Source: an uncultured archaeon (lineage in GTDB: Archaea; Asgardarchaeota; Lokiarchaeia; Sigyniarchaeales; SOKP01). From it: DNA of 64,000 nt. The DNA lies in contig CAZWEM010000015.1 of NCBI GenBank assembly GCA_964632315.1, positions 1 through 64,000 on the forward strand. Reading direction: 5' to 3'. The notes under the pieces are model-generated. The model did not search any database. It was given only the letters and a program-made list of their open reading frames with translations, and was not told the origin of the DNA. Positions 40,126 through 49,481 of this stretch are shown piece after piece (the stretch's first letter is position 1; each line of letters starts with the position of its first letter). The position numbers and the translations under genes are program-made.

Positions 40126-40128
40126 GTT

Positions 40129-40884
40129 ATGAGTATGAAATTAAAAGGAAAGATTGCTATTATAACTGGCTCAGGAGCTGGAATCGGGAGATCAACCGCT
40201 CTACTTTTCGCACAAGAAGGAGCAAAAGTATGCTGTAATTCGATATCAAATTCAGCTCAAGCTGTTGCAAATGAAATTAAATCTTCTGGTGGAGAGGCGA
40301 TTTTTGTTCAAGCAGACGTTTCAAAAGAGCAAGACGCAATGCGATTGGTTGAAGAAACGATTAAAAATTTTGGTAAAATTGATATTCTATTTAATAATGC
40401 CGGAATCGTAATAGGTGGAAGAATAGATAATACGTCTGTTCAAGATTGGGATAAAACAATGGCCGTAAATGTACGAGGAATATATCTTGTGTCAAAATTT
40501 GCGATTAAATACCTTAAAGAGACGAAAGGAACTATCGTTAACAATTCATCTTCAGTCGCATTTAAAGGAGTTGAAAATCGAGTTGCGTATACAGCATCAA
40601 AAGGAGCAGTTTTATCAATGACTAGAGCAATGGCAGTGGATTGTCTTAGGGATAAGATACGAGTAAATGCGATTTGTCCCGGAACTACAGAATCTCCAAG
40701 CTTAGAAAAGAGAATACGATCGAAAGGTGGAAATTATCATGAAGTTAGAGAGGAGTATATTGGCAGACAAAGAATGAGAAGATTAGGAAAACCAGAAGAA
40801 ATTGCAGAAGGCGTACTTTTTCTGGTTCTTAATGAATTTTGCACTGGAGTGAGTCTCTTAGTAGATGGTGGAATGTGCATGTAA
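40129..40884 (+). CDS. short-chain dehydrogenase/reductase
   Basis: TGSGAGIG, NNAG, YTASK, RVNAICPG. Confidence 0.93.
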   Translation: MSMKLKGKIAIITGSGAGIGRSTALLFAQEGAKVCCNSISNSAQAVANEIKSSGGEAIFVQADVSKEQDAMRLVEETIKNFGKIDILFNNAGIVIGGRIDNTSVQDWDKTMAVNVRGIYLVSKFAIKYLKETKGTIVNNSSSVAFKGVENRVAYTASKGAVLSMTRAMAVDCLRDKIRVNAICPGTTESPSLEKRIRSKGGNYHEVREEYIGRQRMRRLGKPEEIAEGVLFLVLNEFCTGVSLLVDGGMCM

Positions 40885-40892
40885 TTCTATGC

Positions 40893-41681
40893 TTATCTTG
40901 TTGTCCATCCCCCATCGAGTCTTAAATCTGCTCCTGTCATGTATGACGATTCATCCGATGCCAAAAATAAGATCCCATTAGCTATTTCTTCAGGTGTCGC
41001 CCAACGGCCCATAACACCCTCTTCTTCGAATTCCTTTTTTACTTCTTCATATGAGATATTCCTGTCCTTAGCTTGTTTAGCTACATCACTTTGTAGCATT
41101 GGAGTATCTGTGGCTCCAGGACTCACGCTATTAACCCTTACATTATATGGAGCTAAATCTAAAGCTAGAGCTCTCGTATATCCTAATACGCCTGCCTTAG
41201 TAGAACAATAATTTGCATGTGCAACTTGACCAATGTGCGCCGCTACAGATGCTAGAGTTATAATTGAACCAAATTGTTGTTTTTTAAAGTATGGAACAGC
41301 AAATTTGCAGGTATGATGAGTACCTTTTAGATTTACGTCAATTAACAAGTCGTAATCTTCGTTTGAAAAATTCTCAACGGGACCAACACGTACCACACCA
41401 GCATTTACAACTAGAATGTCTATCTTTTTATGAAATTCAATGGTTTTTTCAATCATATTCTGGACTTCATTAGGATTCCTTACATCAACTACCATCATAG
41501 TTGTTTTGTTTATTGCCTCACCAAGGCTATTAAAAGTTTCTTTTAATCCTTTTTCGTCGATATCTGAAATTATCTGAATTGCTCCTTCTTTAGCAAATAA
41601 TTGAGCTGTTGCCCTTCCTATACCTGAAGCAGCACCAGTTAGAACAATAATTTTATCTTTAAATCTTAAATTCATCATCAA
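40893..41681 (-). CDS. short-chain dehydrogenase/reductase
   Basis: TGAASGIG, NAG, YCSTK, RVNSVSPG. Confidence 0.93.
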   Translation of the reverse strand: MMMNLRFKDKIIVLTGAASGIGRATAQLFAKEGAIQIISDIDEKGLKETFNSLGEAINKTTMMVVDVRNPNEVQNMIEKTIEFHKKIDILVVNAGVVRVGPVENFSNEDYDLLIDVNLKGTHHTCKFAVPYFKKQQFGSIITLASVAAHIGQVAHANYCSTKAGVLGYTRALALDLAPYNVRVNSVSPGATDTPMLQSDVAKQAKDRNISYEEVKKEFEEEGVMGRWATPEEIANGILFLASDESSYMTGADLRLDGGWTTR

Positions 41682-42815
41682 TCACTTTATTACGATATTT
41701 TTATCCAATTTTGAGAGTGCTTTACAACCTGATTCAGTCACGTGATAACAATCTTCAACTCCAACCAAGCCCTGTCCGCGCACGTTCAACCATACTTCAA
41801 GATCAAGTACCATATTTTCCTCAAATGGGATATTCATCGCACTAGTTGGACCAAATAAGTGTGTTTCTTCACACTCTAATCCAATACTATGAGCTGTAAT
41901 TAAGTAAAAACCCTTTTTGGTTAGAGATTTTAAATAACTTTTCGCTTCTTCACGGAATTCAGAGGCATTTACTCCAGGCTTAATATTATCTGCGCAATAT
42001 TCTTGAACTTGAATCATATAATCCATAGCTTCTTTAGCCTTTAATGGGATTTCCCCAATTATAGCACCTCGACTCACATCTGAGATATATCCTTCCCAAA
42101 CAGCTCCAAAATCAAATCTAACAATATCATTCGGTGTGACTGGAATACCACGACCAGGAGCCTCAGGATCGGAAGGCCCTATATTCATGGTGAGGTGATC
42201 CCAACCCCAAGCACCTTCATCGATAATTGCTTTTCGTGCTATTTGTAAAAGTTCGGTATCGGGCATATCGAGTCTTAGGCTTTGAATGCAGGTTGAAATT
42301 GCTTTTTCAGCTACTTCAGTTGATTTTTTGATTCTCTTTATTTCTTCCTCAGTCTTAATTAAACGCATCTCAATAAAGGTTTTATCTCCATCTACAAATT
42401 TTGCTTTTGGAAAGGCCTTTTTTAAGGCTTCTGATTGATATCTTGGCATGTAAGATTCCAATCCAATGGTTTTTCCACTTGGTTCCCAATCTTCAACCTT
42501 TTTTAAGAGTACTTTTACAGCAGCATCAAGGGATCCAATCCGAAAGACCTCATTTTGAGGGATCCAAGAAAATTCTTCAACACTGTCGTATAATGACCAA
42601 ATTATTGCACTCTCTTCACCATCTCTTCTAATAAGAGAAAGGTAAGGATATTGATTGGATAAAACATATAAAATTGGATTAGGAGCGACATGCGTCACTG
42701 GCAATCCCGTAGTGTAAAAAACATTTACTGGAGTTGATGCAATTAAAAGATCGATATCATTTTTTTCGAGTACCTCTTTTGCTCGGTCCTTATTATACCC
42801 AATAGGTTCTGCCAT
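41682..42815 (-). CDS. M24 family (Xaa-Pro peptidase/creatinase-like) hydrolase
   Basis: RLIKTEEEI, DFGAVWEGYISDVSR, HSIGLE, E..GVED. Confidence 0.88.
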   Translation of the reverse strand: MAEPIGYNKDRAKEVLEKNDIDLLIASTPVNVFYTTGLPVTHVAPNPILYVLSNQYPYLSLIRRDGEESAIIWSLYDSVEEFSWIPQNEVFRIGSLDAAVKVLLKKVEDWEPSGKTIGLESYMPRYQSEALKKAFPKAKFVDGDKTFIEMRLIKTEEEIKRIKKSTEVAEKAISTCIQSLRLDMPDTELLQIARKAIIDEGAWGWDHLTMNIGPSDPEAPGRGIPVTPNDIVRFDFGAVWEGYISDVSRGAIIGEIPLKAKEAMDYMIQVQEYCADNIKPGVNASEFREEAKSYLKSLTKKGFYLITAHSIGLECEETHLFGPTSAMNIPFEENMVLDLEVWLNVRGQGLVGVEDCYHVTESGCKALSKLDKNIVIK

Positions 42816-42931
42816 CTTCTTTTTCACTAAACTCTTTTTATTTTTTAAAATGTTAGCTTCGTTTTAAATTCTGATTATTAGACATAATAAGTAGAAATAA
42901 GCTATATAAATCATATCTCAATTACTTTATT

Positions 42932-44056
42932 ATGAAATTTGTGAAATATGGAATTATTGGAAGTGGTGGAGCGTGGGCATTTCATAGTGCTGGATGTAAG
43001 AATAATCCAAAAATTAAGTTCAATTCTGTATTTGACATTAATGAAAAAGCTGCTAAACGTGCCGCAAGAATTAACAAAATGCAGTATTTTACAGATCTCA
43101 ATTCCTTCTTGAAAAGTGATATCGATGCCGTTATTGTAATGGTGCCTCATTTTTTGCATGAAGAAATGGTCATAGCAGCAGCAGAAGCAGGAAAACATGT
43201 TTTGTGTGAAAAACCCATGGCTACTACCCTTGAAGGATGCGATGCAATGATCGATGCTACTAAGAAGGCAGGGGTTAAATTTATGATTGCTGAAAACCAT
43301 AGATTTTTACCAGCTCACAAATATATAAAGGAAGCTGTGCAATCTGGACTCATAGGAAATGTTTTTTTACTAAGATCATACGAAGGGGTAAATGAAATAC
43401 CTGGATTGATGAGAGAGGGATTTTGGAAAGGAGACCCAATTAAAGCTGGTGGTGGTGCGTTAATGGATATGGGTGCCCACAAATTTGCTACAATGAATTG
43501 GATTTTAAATGATGAGCTAGAATTTGCGTATGCTTGGCTAACAAAACAATGCACGAGTTTAAAAGAAAAAGCGGAAGATAATGCTATGGTCCATCTCCAG
43601 TACAAAAATGGGGCGATTGCAGAAACTATAGTTAGTTTTTCAGTTATTTCTCCTCCCACAAATGCACTTGAACTTTATGGCACATTAGGATCTATTATTG
43701 AAAATCATGAGTGGAATAATCCGGTTAAAATTTATTCAAAAGATGGTAGATTGGGAGAAAATTCTGGTAAGTGGTATGAGCCAAAAATAGAACACGGGCC
43801 ATTTCCTACATATTATGAAATTTCAGCAAGAATAGAAGATAACCACTTTACTGAATGTATAATTAATGATACAGAACCAGATTTTACTCCAGAACAATCT
43901 AAAAAAGCAATAGAAGCAATTTTACTTTCGTATTTATCAGCAAGAAAAGATTCTAAAGCATATATTGACGAACTCTATGAAATATATAAAAATAAAGGTA
44001 CTAGAAGCATTATTGAAGGTTTAGAAAACCATGTTAAAGTAAATAAATGCGTATAA
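42932..44056 (+). CDS. Gfo/Idh/MocA family oxidoreductase
   Basis: GIIGSG, HVLCEKP, GGGALMDMGAH. Confidence 0.92.
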   Translation: MKFVKYGIIGSGGAWAFHSAGCKNNPKIKFNSVFDINEKAAKRAARINKMQYFTDLNSFLKSDIDAVIVMVPHFLHEEMVIAAAEAGKHVLCEKPMATTLEGCDAMIDATKKAGVKFMIAENHRFLPAHKYIKEAVQSGLIGNVFLLRSYEGVNEIPGLMREGFWKGDPIKAGGGALMDMGAHKFATMNWILNDELEFAYAWLTKQCTSLKEKAEDNAMVHLQYKNGAIAETIVSFSVISPPTNALELYGTLGSIIENHEWNNPVKIYSKDGRLGENSGKWYEPKIEHGPFPTYYEISARIEDNHFTECIINDTEPDFTPEQSKKAIEAILLSYLSARKDSKAYIDELYEIYKNKGTRSIIEGLENHVKVNKCV

Positions 44057-44235
44057 TGTGTCTTACTCTTACAAAAATATCCTATATTTCTAAGAGAAAA
44101 AAAATAAAAATCAACTCTCCTCACTTTCACTTAAATATAGTTTTTAAGGATAATAGAAAACCAGCCCCGAGTTTTTTTTTAAATAATTTACTTGTCTTTC
44201 ATTCTATAAATCGAATTTCATCGAAGTGAACACAT

Positions 44236-44565
44236 ATTTCTAAAGGATTTGTAAAGAACGAGATTTATACTGGTATCGTTGAAAAAGAAAAATCACTTGA
44301 AAATGTAGTTCAATTAGAAAATGGTGAAATTCGATTAAAATTTAATTCTTCAGAATCAACTATAAGTGAAAACTCAGTAGTTAAAAAATGTGATGAAATT
44401 AAGAAAGATTACATGCTAATGATCAATGATGTTCACGAATTGCTTCAAAATTATGAGAAATTATCTAATGAAGAGAAATTGGAATATTGTAACAGTGAAC
44501 GATACCTTATGAAGATGTACTTAAGGCATGCCTTAATTAAAATTAATAAATGCTTTCCAGAATGA
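44236..44565 (+). CDS. hypothetical protein (109 aa, inferred ATT start)
   Basis: Stop-free frame filling the intergenic gap: (M)SKGFVKNEIYTGIVEKE...YLRHALIKINKCFPE. Confidence 0.55.
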   Translation: MSKGFVKNEIYTGIVEKEKSLENVVQLENGEIRLKFNSSESTISENSVVKKCDEIKKDYMLMINDVHELLQNYEKLSNEEKLEYCNSERYLMKMYLRHALIKINKCFPE

Positions 44566-44572
44566 GAAATAA

Positions 44573-45091
44573 TTAGCTTTTTATATAAAAAAATACGGCT
44601 ACATTTTCAATCTTCAACTTATAAGCATAATTAAGCATTTTATCCATATTTGATAAGCGATACTTATATGAAATAACTACCGATCCCTTTTTTGCAGTTC
44701 TAAAGACATGCCCTAAAAATTTTTGCATAGATGGTAAGGAAAAGATGTAGATAAAATCAAAAGTTTCAAGAGTTTGCTGAAAAAGATCTCCATGCACTAT
44801 TTTAATACACCGTCGTTGCCTCCAATTTAAGCCTTTAATAAAATCCCTTGCTTCTTTAATTAAATTAGTATTAATTTCTATTCCAGTTGATTTAATACTA
44901 TAATTAATTCCTGAATAGATAACTACACTTCCATTTCCCGAACCTAGATCAATAAAAGATTGTTTAGATTTTCGTTTTAAATGGAATTTAGATTCCAGTG
45001 CATTAAAAATTCCTTCTAACACTCCCTCGTGAGAAGACAAATAAGGAAGTGCAAGTTGAGATTGAATTTCACTATAATTATGCTTATACAT
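44573..45091 (-). CDS. class I SAM methyltransferase (FAM173/DOT1-like)
   Basis: LPYLSS, FIDLGSGNGSVV, GIEIN, GDLF, VVISY; alternative start at 45136. Confidence 0.8.
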   Translation of the reverse strand: MYKHNYSEIQSQLALPYLSSHEGVLEGIFNALESKFHLKRKSKQSFIDLGSGNGSVVIYSGINYSIKSTGIEINTNLIKEARDFIKGLNWRQRRCIKIVHGDLFQQTLETFDFIYIFSLPSMQKFLGHVFRTAKKGSVVISYKYRLSNMDKMLNYAYKLKIENVAVFFYIKS

Positions 45092-45272
45092 TGTGATTAT
45101 TAATGATTCTTGAAAATAAAAAATTGATTGATACATTTGTGTGGAAAAAAATTTTTACTTTCCTATGATTGCAAATTTTAATCGTTACAAATCGTATCAG
45201 TATGATTTGATTAAAAAGCCACTTTTTGTTTAATATATTAATTTAATCGAAGCTCAGCGATATGCTAAACAA

Positions 45273-46268
45273 ATGGCCAAGTTATTAATTACTGGTGGGA
45301 CGGGTTTTATTGGAATCTCTTTAGTTAAAAAATTGCACGAATTGGGATACGAGTTAAAATTATTAGTGAGGGAGTCAAGTGATCTTTCTCCTTTTGAAAA
45401 TTTAATGAATATTAAATATGCTTATGGAGATGTGCAAGATATCGAAAGTATAAGATCAGCTGTTCACGATGTTAATGCAATTTATCATCTTGCTGCTTAT
45501 ACTGGAATTGCGGCAAAAAATAAAGATATTTATCATAATGTTAATGTCTTGGGTACTGAAAATATCGCAACAATAGCAATTGAAAATGATCTCCCAATGT
45601 TTTATATTAGCTCCTTTACGGCAATAGGACCGACTACGGAATCCCCCGTCAATGAAACTTATGAAAAAGAACAATTTTGTATGGAATATGAAAAATCAAA
45701 ATACCAAGCTAAAAAATTGATAAAAAATTTAATACCAAAAGGTCTTAAAGTAATCATTTTTTATCCCGGTATAGTTTTTGGTCCAGGAGATTTTAATATT
45801 TTTGGAAAAATGCTTTACGATATAGTACGAGGAAAAATTCTTCCGCTAGGAATGTGCCCTGGTAAAGGAGATTCAATTGCTTGTTTATCTTATGTCTATG
45901 ATTTATCAATGGCAATGAGTAGTGTATTAGGAAGAGAAGATCTCTATGGGGAGGATTTTATTCTTGGAGGAGAGAATGTGAAATTTGGTGAATATTTAGA
46001 TTTTATAGCTGAAATAGCAAGGGGAAAGAAAGCTAAAAGAGTGCCTTACTGGCTTGCGTATGTTTATGCGTGGTTATTAGAGATGACTGCTAAAATTTCT
46101 CGAAAAGTACCAGTTTTAACTCGCTCTACACTTAAAGCTATCAAATATCATCGATCTTATTCGTCTGAGAAAGCTATCAAAATGATAGACTACAAAATTA
46201 CTCCGCTAAGAGAGGCCTTAGAAAAAACGATTGAATGGTATAAAAATTATGAAAAGAATGTGGATTAA
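45273..46268 (+). CDS. NAD-dependent epimerase/dehydratase (DFR/HpnA-like extended SDR)
   Basis: TGGTGFIG, HLAA, YEKSK, VFGPGD. Confidence 0.9.
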   Translation: MAKLLITGGTGFIGISLVKKLHELGYELKLLVRESSDLSPFENLMNIKYAYGDVQDIESIRSAVHDVNAIYHLAAYTGIAAKNKDIYHNVNVLGTENIATIAIENDLPMFYISSFTAIGPTTESPVNETYEKEQFCMEYEKSKYQAKKLIKNLIPKGLKVIIFYPGIVFGPGDFNIFGKMLYDIVRGKILPLGMCPGKGDSIACLSYVYDLSMAMSSVLGREDLYGEDFILGGENVKFGEYLDFIAEIARGKKAKRVPYWLAYVYAWLLEMTAKISRKVPVLTRSTLKAIKYHRSYSSEKAIKMIDYKITPLREALEKTIEWYKNYEKNVD

Positions 46269-46270
46269 GT

Positions 46271-46750
46271 ATGCTAGACGAAGAATTATCAAGTAAAGTT
46301 ATTAATCAAGAGCATTATGCGACTGAAATTGCCCAGCAATATACAAAGTTTTTATCTCAATATCCTGAGATTTTTTCAGATCTAGATGAGGGTTCAGTTT
46401 TTGATTTTGCGCTTTATGAAACCCTAGAATCCTATGATAAAGGATCTAATATGGATGTTTTTCACGTCCTTAGAAGCCAAAATGGTATCGAAATAAAAGC
46501 AGGAAATGCTAAAGGTGCGGATTTAGAATTATCACTCTCTGTCAGAGCTGTTGAAAAATTGATAAAAACTCAAAATAAAGAAGAATATGCTCAATTATTA
46601 GGTTCTTTCTATAATGATCCAGAGGAAGAGAATGGTTGGATTGATTTTACTCTACATAAAAGAACTCAAGTTTTAATTGATATGGGTTATGGAAGGTTTG
46701 CTCAAACTGCTGGGATCCTCGAGGATGATGACAAGATTTATAGGATTTAA
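46271..46750 (+). CDS. hypothetical protein, possible SCP2-like fold
   Basis: IEIKAGNAKGADLELSL; similar to 48288-48689. Confidence 0.6.
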   Translation: MLDEELSSKVINQEHYATEIAQQYTKFLSQYPEIFSDLDEGSVFDFALYETLESYDKGSNMDVFHVLRSQNGIEIKAGNAKGADLELSLSVRAVEKLIKTQNKEEYAQLLGSFYNDPEEENGWIDFTLHKRTQVLIDMGYGRFAQTAGILEDDDKIYRI

Positions 46751-46779
46751 TATATCTAATTTTATATTTAGTGAGTCTT

Positions 46780-48273
46780 ATGTCAAAACCAAATGAATTA
46801 CAAATTAAAAATAAGTATAATGGGGAACTAGTTGATACAGTTCCCGCAGATACTCCTGAAACTTTAAGAGATAAGATTAAAATAGCTCATAAAAATCAAG
46901 AAATCTTAAAAAAAATGGATTTTTTTGAAAGAGCTCAAATACTTTCTAAATTTGCAGCTAAATTGAGATTTAAAAAAAAGGAATTGAAGGATCTTATAGT
47001 TGCTGAAGGAGGATTACCTATCAAGTATTCTGAGTGGGAATTAGCTATAGTATCAACGGGTTTTAAATTTTGCGATTGGTATTATCAATTCATCAAAGAA
47101 AAACCCTTGACGAGTATTGAAGGTGAGCAATTAGTAAATTTAAAATATATCCCCCATGGTCTATCTGCATGTATTTCTCCAAGAAATACACCTATAAGCT
47201 TGCCTCTTTATCAACTCGGTGCCAATTATTTAGTAGGTAATGGTGCTATCGTGAAGCCTTCAACAGCATGTCCATTAACAATGCGATATGCATATAAGAT
47301 GATGGAAGATATGGAGTTTCCTGGCCTTGAAGCATTAAATCTTATTATAGCACCAGGAGAATGGGCAGTTGATGAGTTCTTAAAATCCCACCTAATTAAA
47401 ATAATTATGACGATTACTTCATCCCATACTGCCAAAGATATCCTAGTTCGTTATGGCAAAATCCTCAAAAAGACTGTTGACAAGTCAATGGGTGTATCCA
47501 TGTATACCCAACCATTCAAACAATTTTTCTTTGAATGTGCTGGAAATGATGCTGGTATCGTTATGGATGATGTAAATCTTGAACAAGTCGCAAAATGGAA
47601 TGCAATGGCGAGTTATACAAATTCTGGACAGCAATGTTTTTCTATGAAAAGGATTATTGTACACCGTGATATTTATGACGATTATATTGAACTCCTAATT
47701 AAGGAGATTGATAAGCTTAAATACGGAGATCCCACAGATCCGACAGTCGATATCGGACCATTAGGAAGCCGGAAAATCCTCATGATGATGGAAGTAATGG
47801 TAAACGATGCAAAGAAATATGGAGTTAAAATTTATACCGGCGGAGAGAAGATTGACACGGGGCAAGATTATGGATTGTTTTATGAACCAACATTAGTGGA
47901 GATTAGACCCGAACTATGCGAAGATTTAGGTAAGGCTCCCTTTCTTTGGAGAGAAGAAGCTTTCGGTCCAGTGCGCTCGATTACAAAAGCAAATGATCTC
48001 AATGACGCGATTCGACTTGCCAATGCAAGTAACTATGGGATGAGAGCAGTGGCATATACATCTAATCAAGAGAATATCGAAAGGTTTAAGAATGAATTGG
48101 AGGCTGCGAATATTTACATCAATGCTAGGCCTATGCTTACAGATATAACAGTTGCACTTGGAGGAATAAAAGATTCAGCTTATCCAGCGGGCTGTAAATA
48201 TTATCCACAGGAATTGGTTTATCAAAAATACATATATGACGGAACTTCTTTAAATTTTGATAAAATAAAATAA
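46780..48273 (+). CDS. aldehyde dehydrogenase family protein
   Basis: ISPRN.P, VKPS, ECAGND, SGQQCFS, EEAFGP, ANASNYG. Confidence 0.92.
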   Translation: MSKPNELQIKNKYNGELVDTVPADTPETLRDKIKIAHKNQEILKKMDFFERAQILSKFAAKLRFKKKELKDLIVAEGGLPIKYSEWELAIVSTGFKFCDWYYQFIKEKPLTSIEGEQLVNLKYIPHGLSACISPRNTPISLPLYQLGANYLVGNGAIVKPSTACPLTMRYAYKMMEDMEFPGLEALNLIIAPGEWAVDEFLKSHLIKIIMTITSSHTAKDILVRYGKILKKTVDKSMGVSMYTQPFKQFFFECAGNDAGIVMDDVNLEQVAKWNAMASYTNSGQQCFSMKRIIVHRDIYDDYIELLIKEIDKLKYGDPTDPTVDIGPLGSRKILMMMEVMVNDAKKYGVKIYTGGEKIDTGQDYGLFYEPTLVEIRPELCEDLGKAPFLWREEAFGPVRSITKANDLNDAIRLANASNYGMRAVAYTSNQENIERFKNELEAANIYINARPMLTDITVALGGIKDSAYPAGCKYYPQELVYQKYIYDGTSLNFDKIK

Positions 48274-48287
48274 TTTTTTTTCTCATT

Positions 48288-48689
48288 ATGCCTTCTGACG
48301 TTTTTTCTAAGATTAAAGAATATTTCGATGGAAATTATGACTTAATGAGGTATCTTGATATAAATGCTTGTTGGGAATATTTCATAACAGAAAATAATCT
48401 GAATGAACAAGCAAAATATCATTTTTTTCTAATTAAAACGGCTGAATCCGGTTTAATATTTACCAAAATAGTCCCAGAATTAAAGCCTGATTTAACATTA
48501 TATTTCACAGAAAAGGCACTATTAACTTTAATTGAAGATGCCCCTTCGACAGAAGAATATTATAAGCGGTATCGATATTTGATGAACAATCCTCAGCAAG
48601 GAATACTATTGGATAGTAAAATCAACAAGCCGAGATTAAAACTTTTAAAAATAGGATATAGATCTTGGCAAAAAGAGTTTAGGTTTTGA
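48288..48689 (+). CDS. hypothetical protein, paralog of 46271-46750
   Basis: PDLTLYFTEKAL..LI..EEY..NNP..K..KLLKIGY. Confidence 0.65.
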   Translation: MPSDVFSKIKEYFDGNYDLMRYLDINACWEYFITENNLNEQAKYHFFLIKTAESGLIFTKIVPELKPDLTLYFTEKALLTLIEDAPSTEEYYKRYRYLMNNPQQGILLDSKINKPRLKLLKIGYRSWQKEFRF

Positions 48690-49368
48690 TTTTGGATATC
48701 AATTTTTTCCGTTTAATAAAAATGATTAATCCAATTATCATTAAACTCATGTAACCTAGATAACTAAATCCAAAAGGAATGAATTGAAATGTAGCTTCTA
48801 ATTTTGCTATAACGAGATTTGACTGATCAAGATATGTTTCCGATATTAAAACTCCATCTAGATTATAGGTTTTTTCTACTTTGAATTCAATACCAAGATC
48901 ACTAATATCTTGTTTACCAATCATGTTATCAGCCAGGCTATAATATTGGGTAGGCAAGGTCTCAAGTGCTTCTTCCACATAACTGTTTACCGGGGTAGGT
49001 ATAAAGATATAATCATCGTACTGAGAAGGATATCTAAGAATACTAAGATATTCTACAGATCCTTCTGCTATCCAATTCGATCCATAATCCCAAAATTCAG
49101 TCGCTATTGACCATCTTAGCCCTTCCACATCTTCTACATCACGGATTACCATTCTAACTTGAGATCCAACTTGAAAGTTTGGTTCTATTCCGAAAGTGGC
49201 TTCAAACTTATCAATGTTCAATTGTTTAATTTCCCATACGAAGTCGTCGCTCTCTTTTATTCCTATTTGATAAGTAACTTGAGCATTGGCACTAACACTT
49301 AAAATGATGCATATCAATACAACATTAAGTAATGCCAATGACACTAATTTTTTTCTTATTTTATTCAA
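48679..49368 (-). CDS. secreted protein with C-terminal IPFG-TM-basic anchor
   Basis: Signal peptide; C-terminal IPFG, then TM, then KRKK. Confidence 0.75.
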   Translation of the reverse strand: MNKIRKKLVSLALLNVVLICIILSVSANAQVTYQIGIKESDDFVWEIKQLNIDKFEATFGIEPNFQVGSQVRMVIRDVEDVEGLRWSIATEFWDYGSNWIAEGSVEYLSILRYPSQYDDYIFIPTPVNSYVEEALETLPTQYYSLADNMIGKQDISDLGIEFKVEKTYNLDGVLISETYLDQSNLVIAKLEATFQFIPFGFSYLGYMSLMIIGLIIFIKRKKLISKIKT

Positions 49369-49481
49369 ATCTCATCAAGATATATTATTTGAATAACTCT
49401 TATAATCTAGTGATAAATAAATATTTTATTTCACTTAATAGTTGGATTTATCATATTAAGACTTTTCAAAATATTTTGTTC

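Noticed and set aside
44047-44229. 60-aa ORF after the Gfo/Idh/MocA gene
   Set aside because: Low-complexity AT-rich intergenic sequence with no recognisable motif
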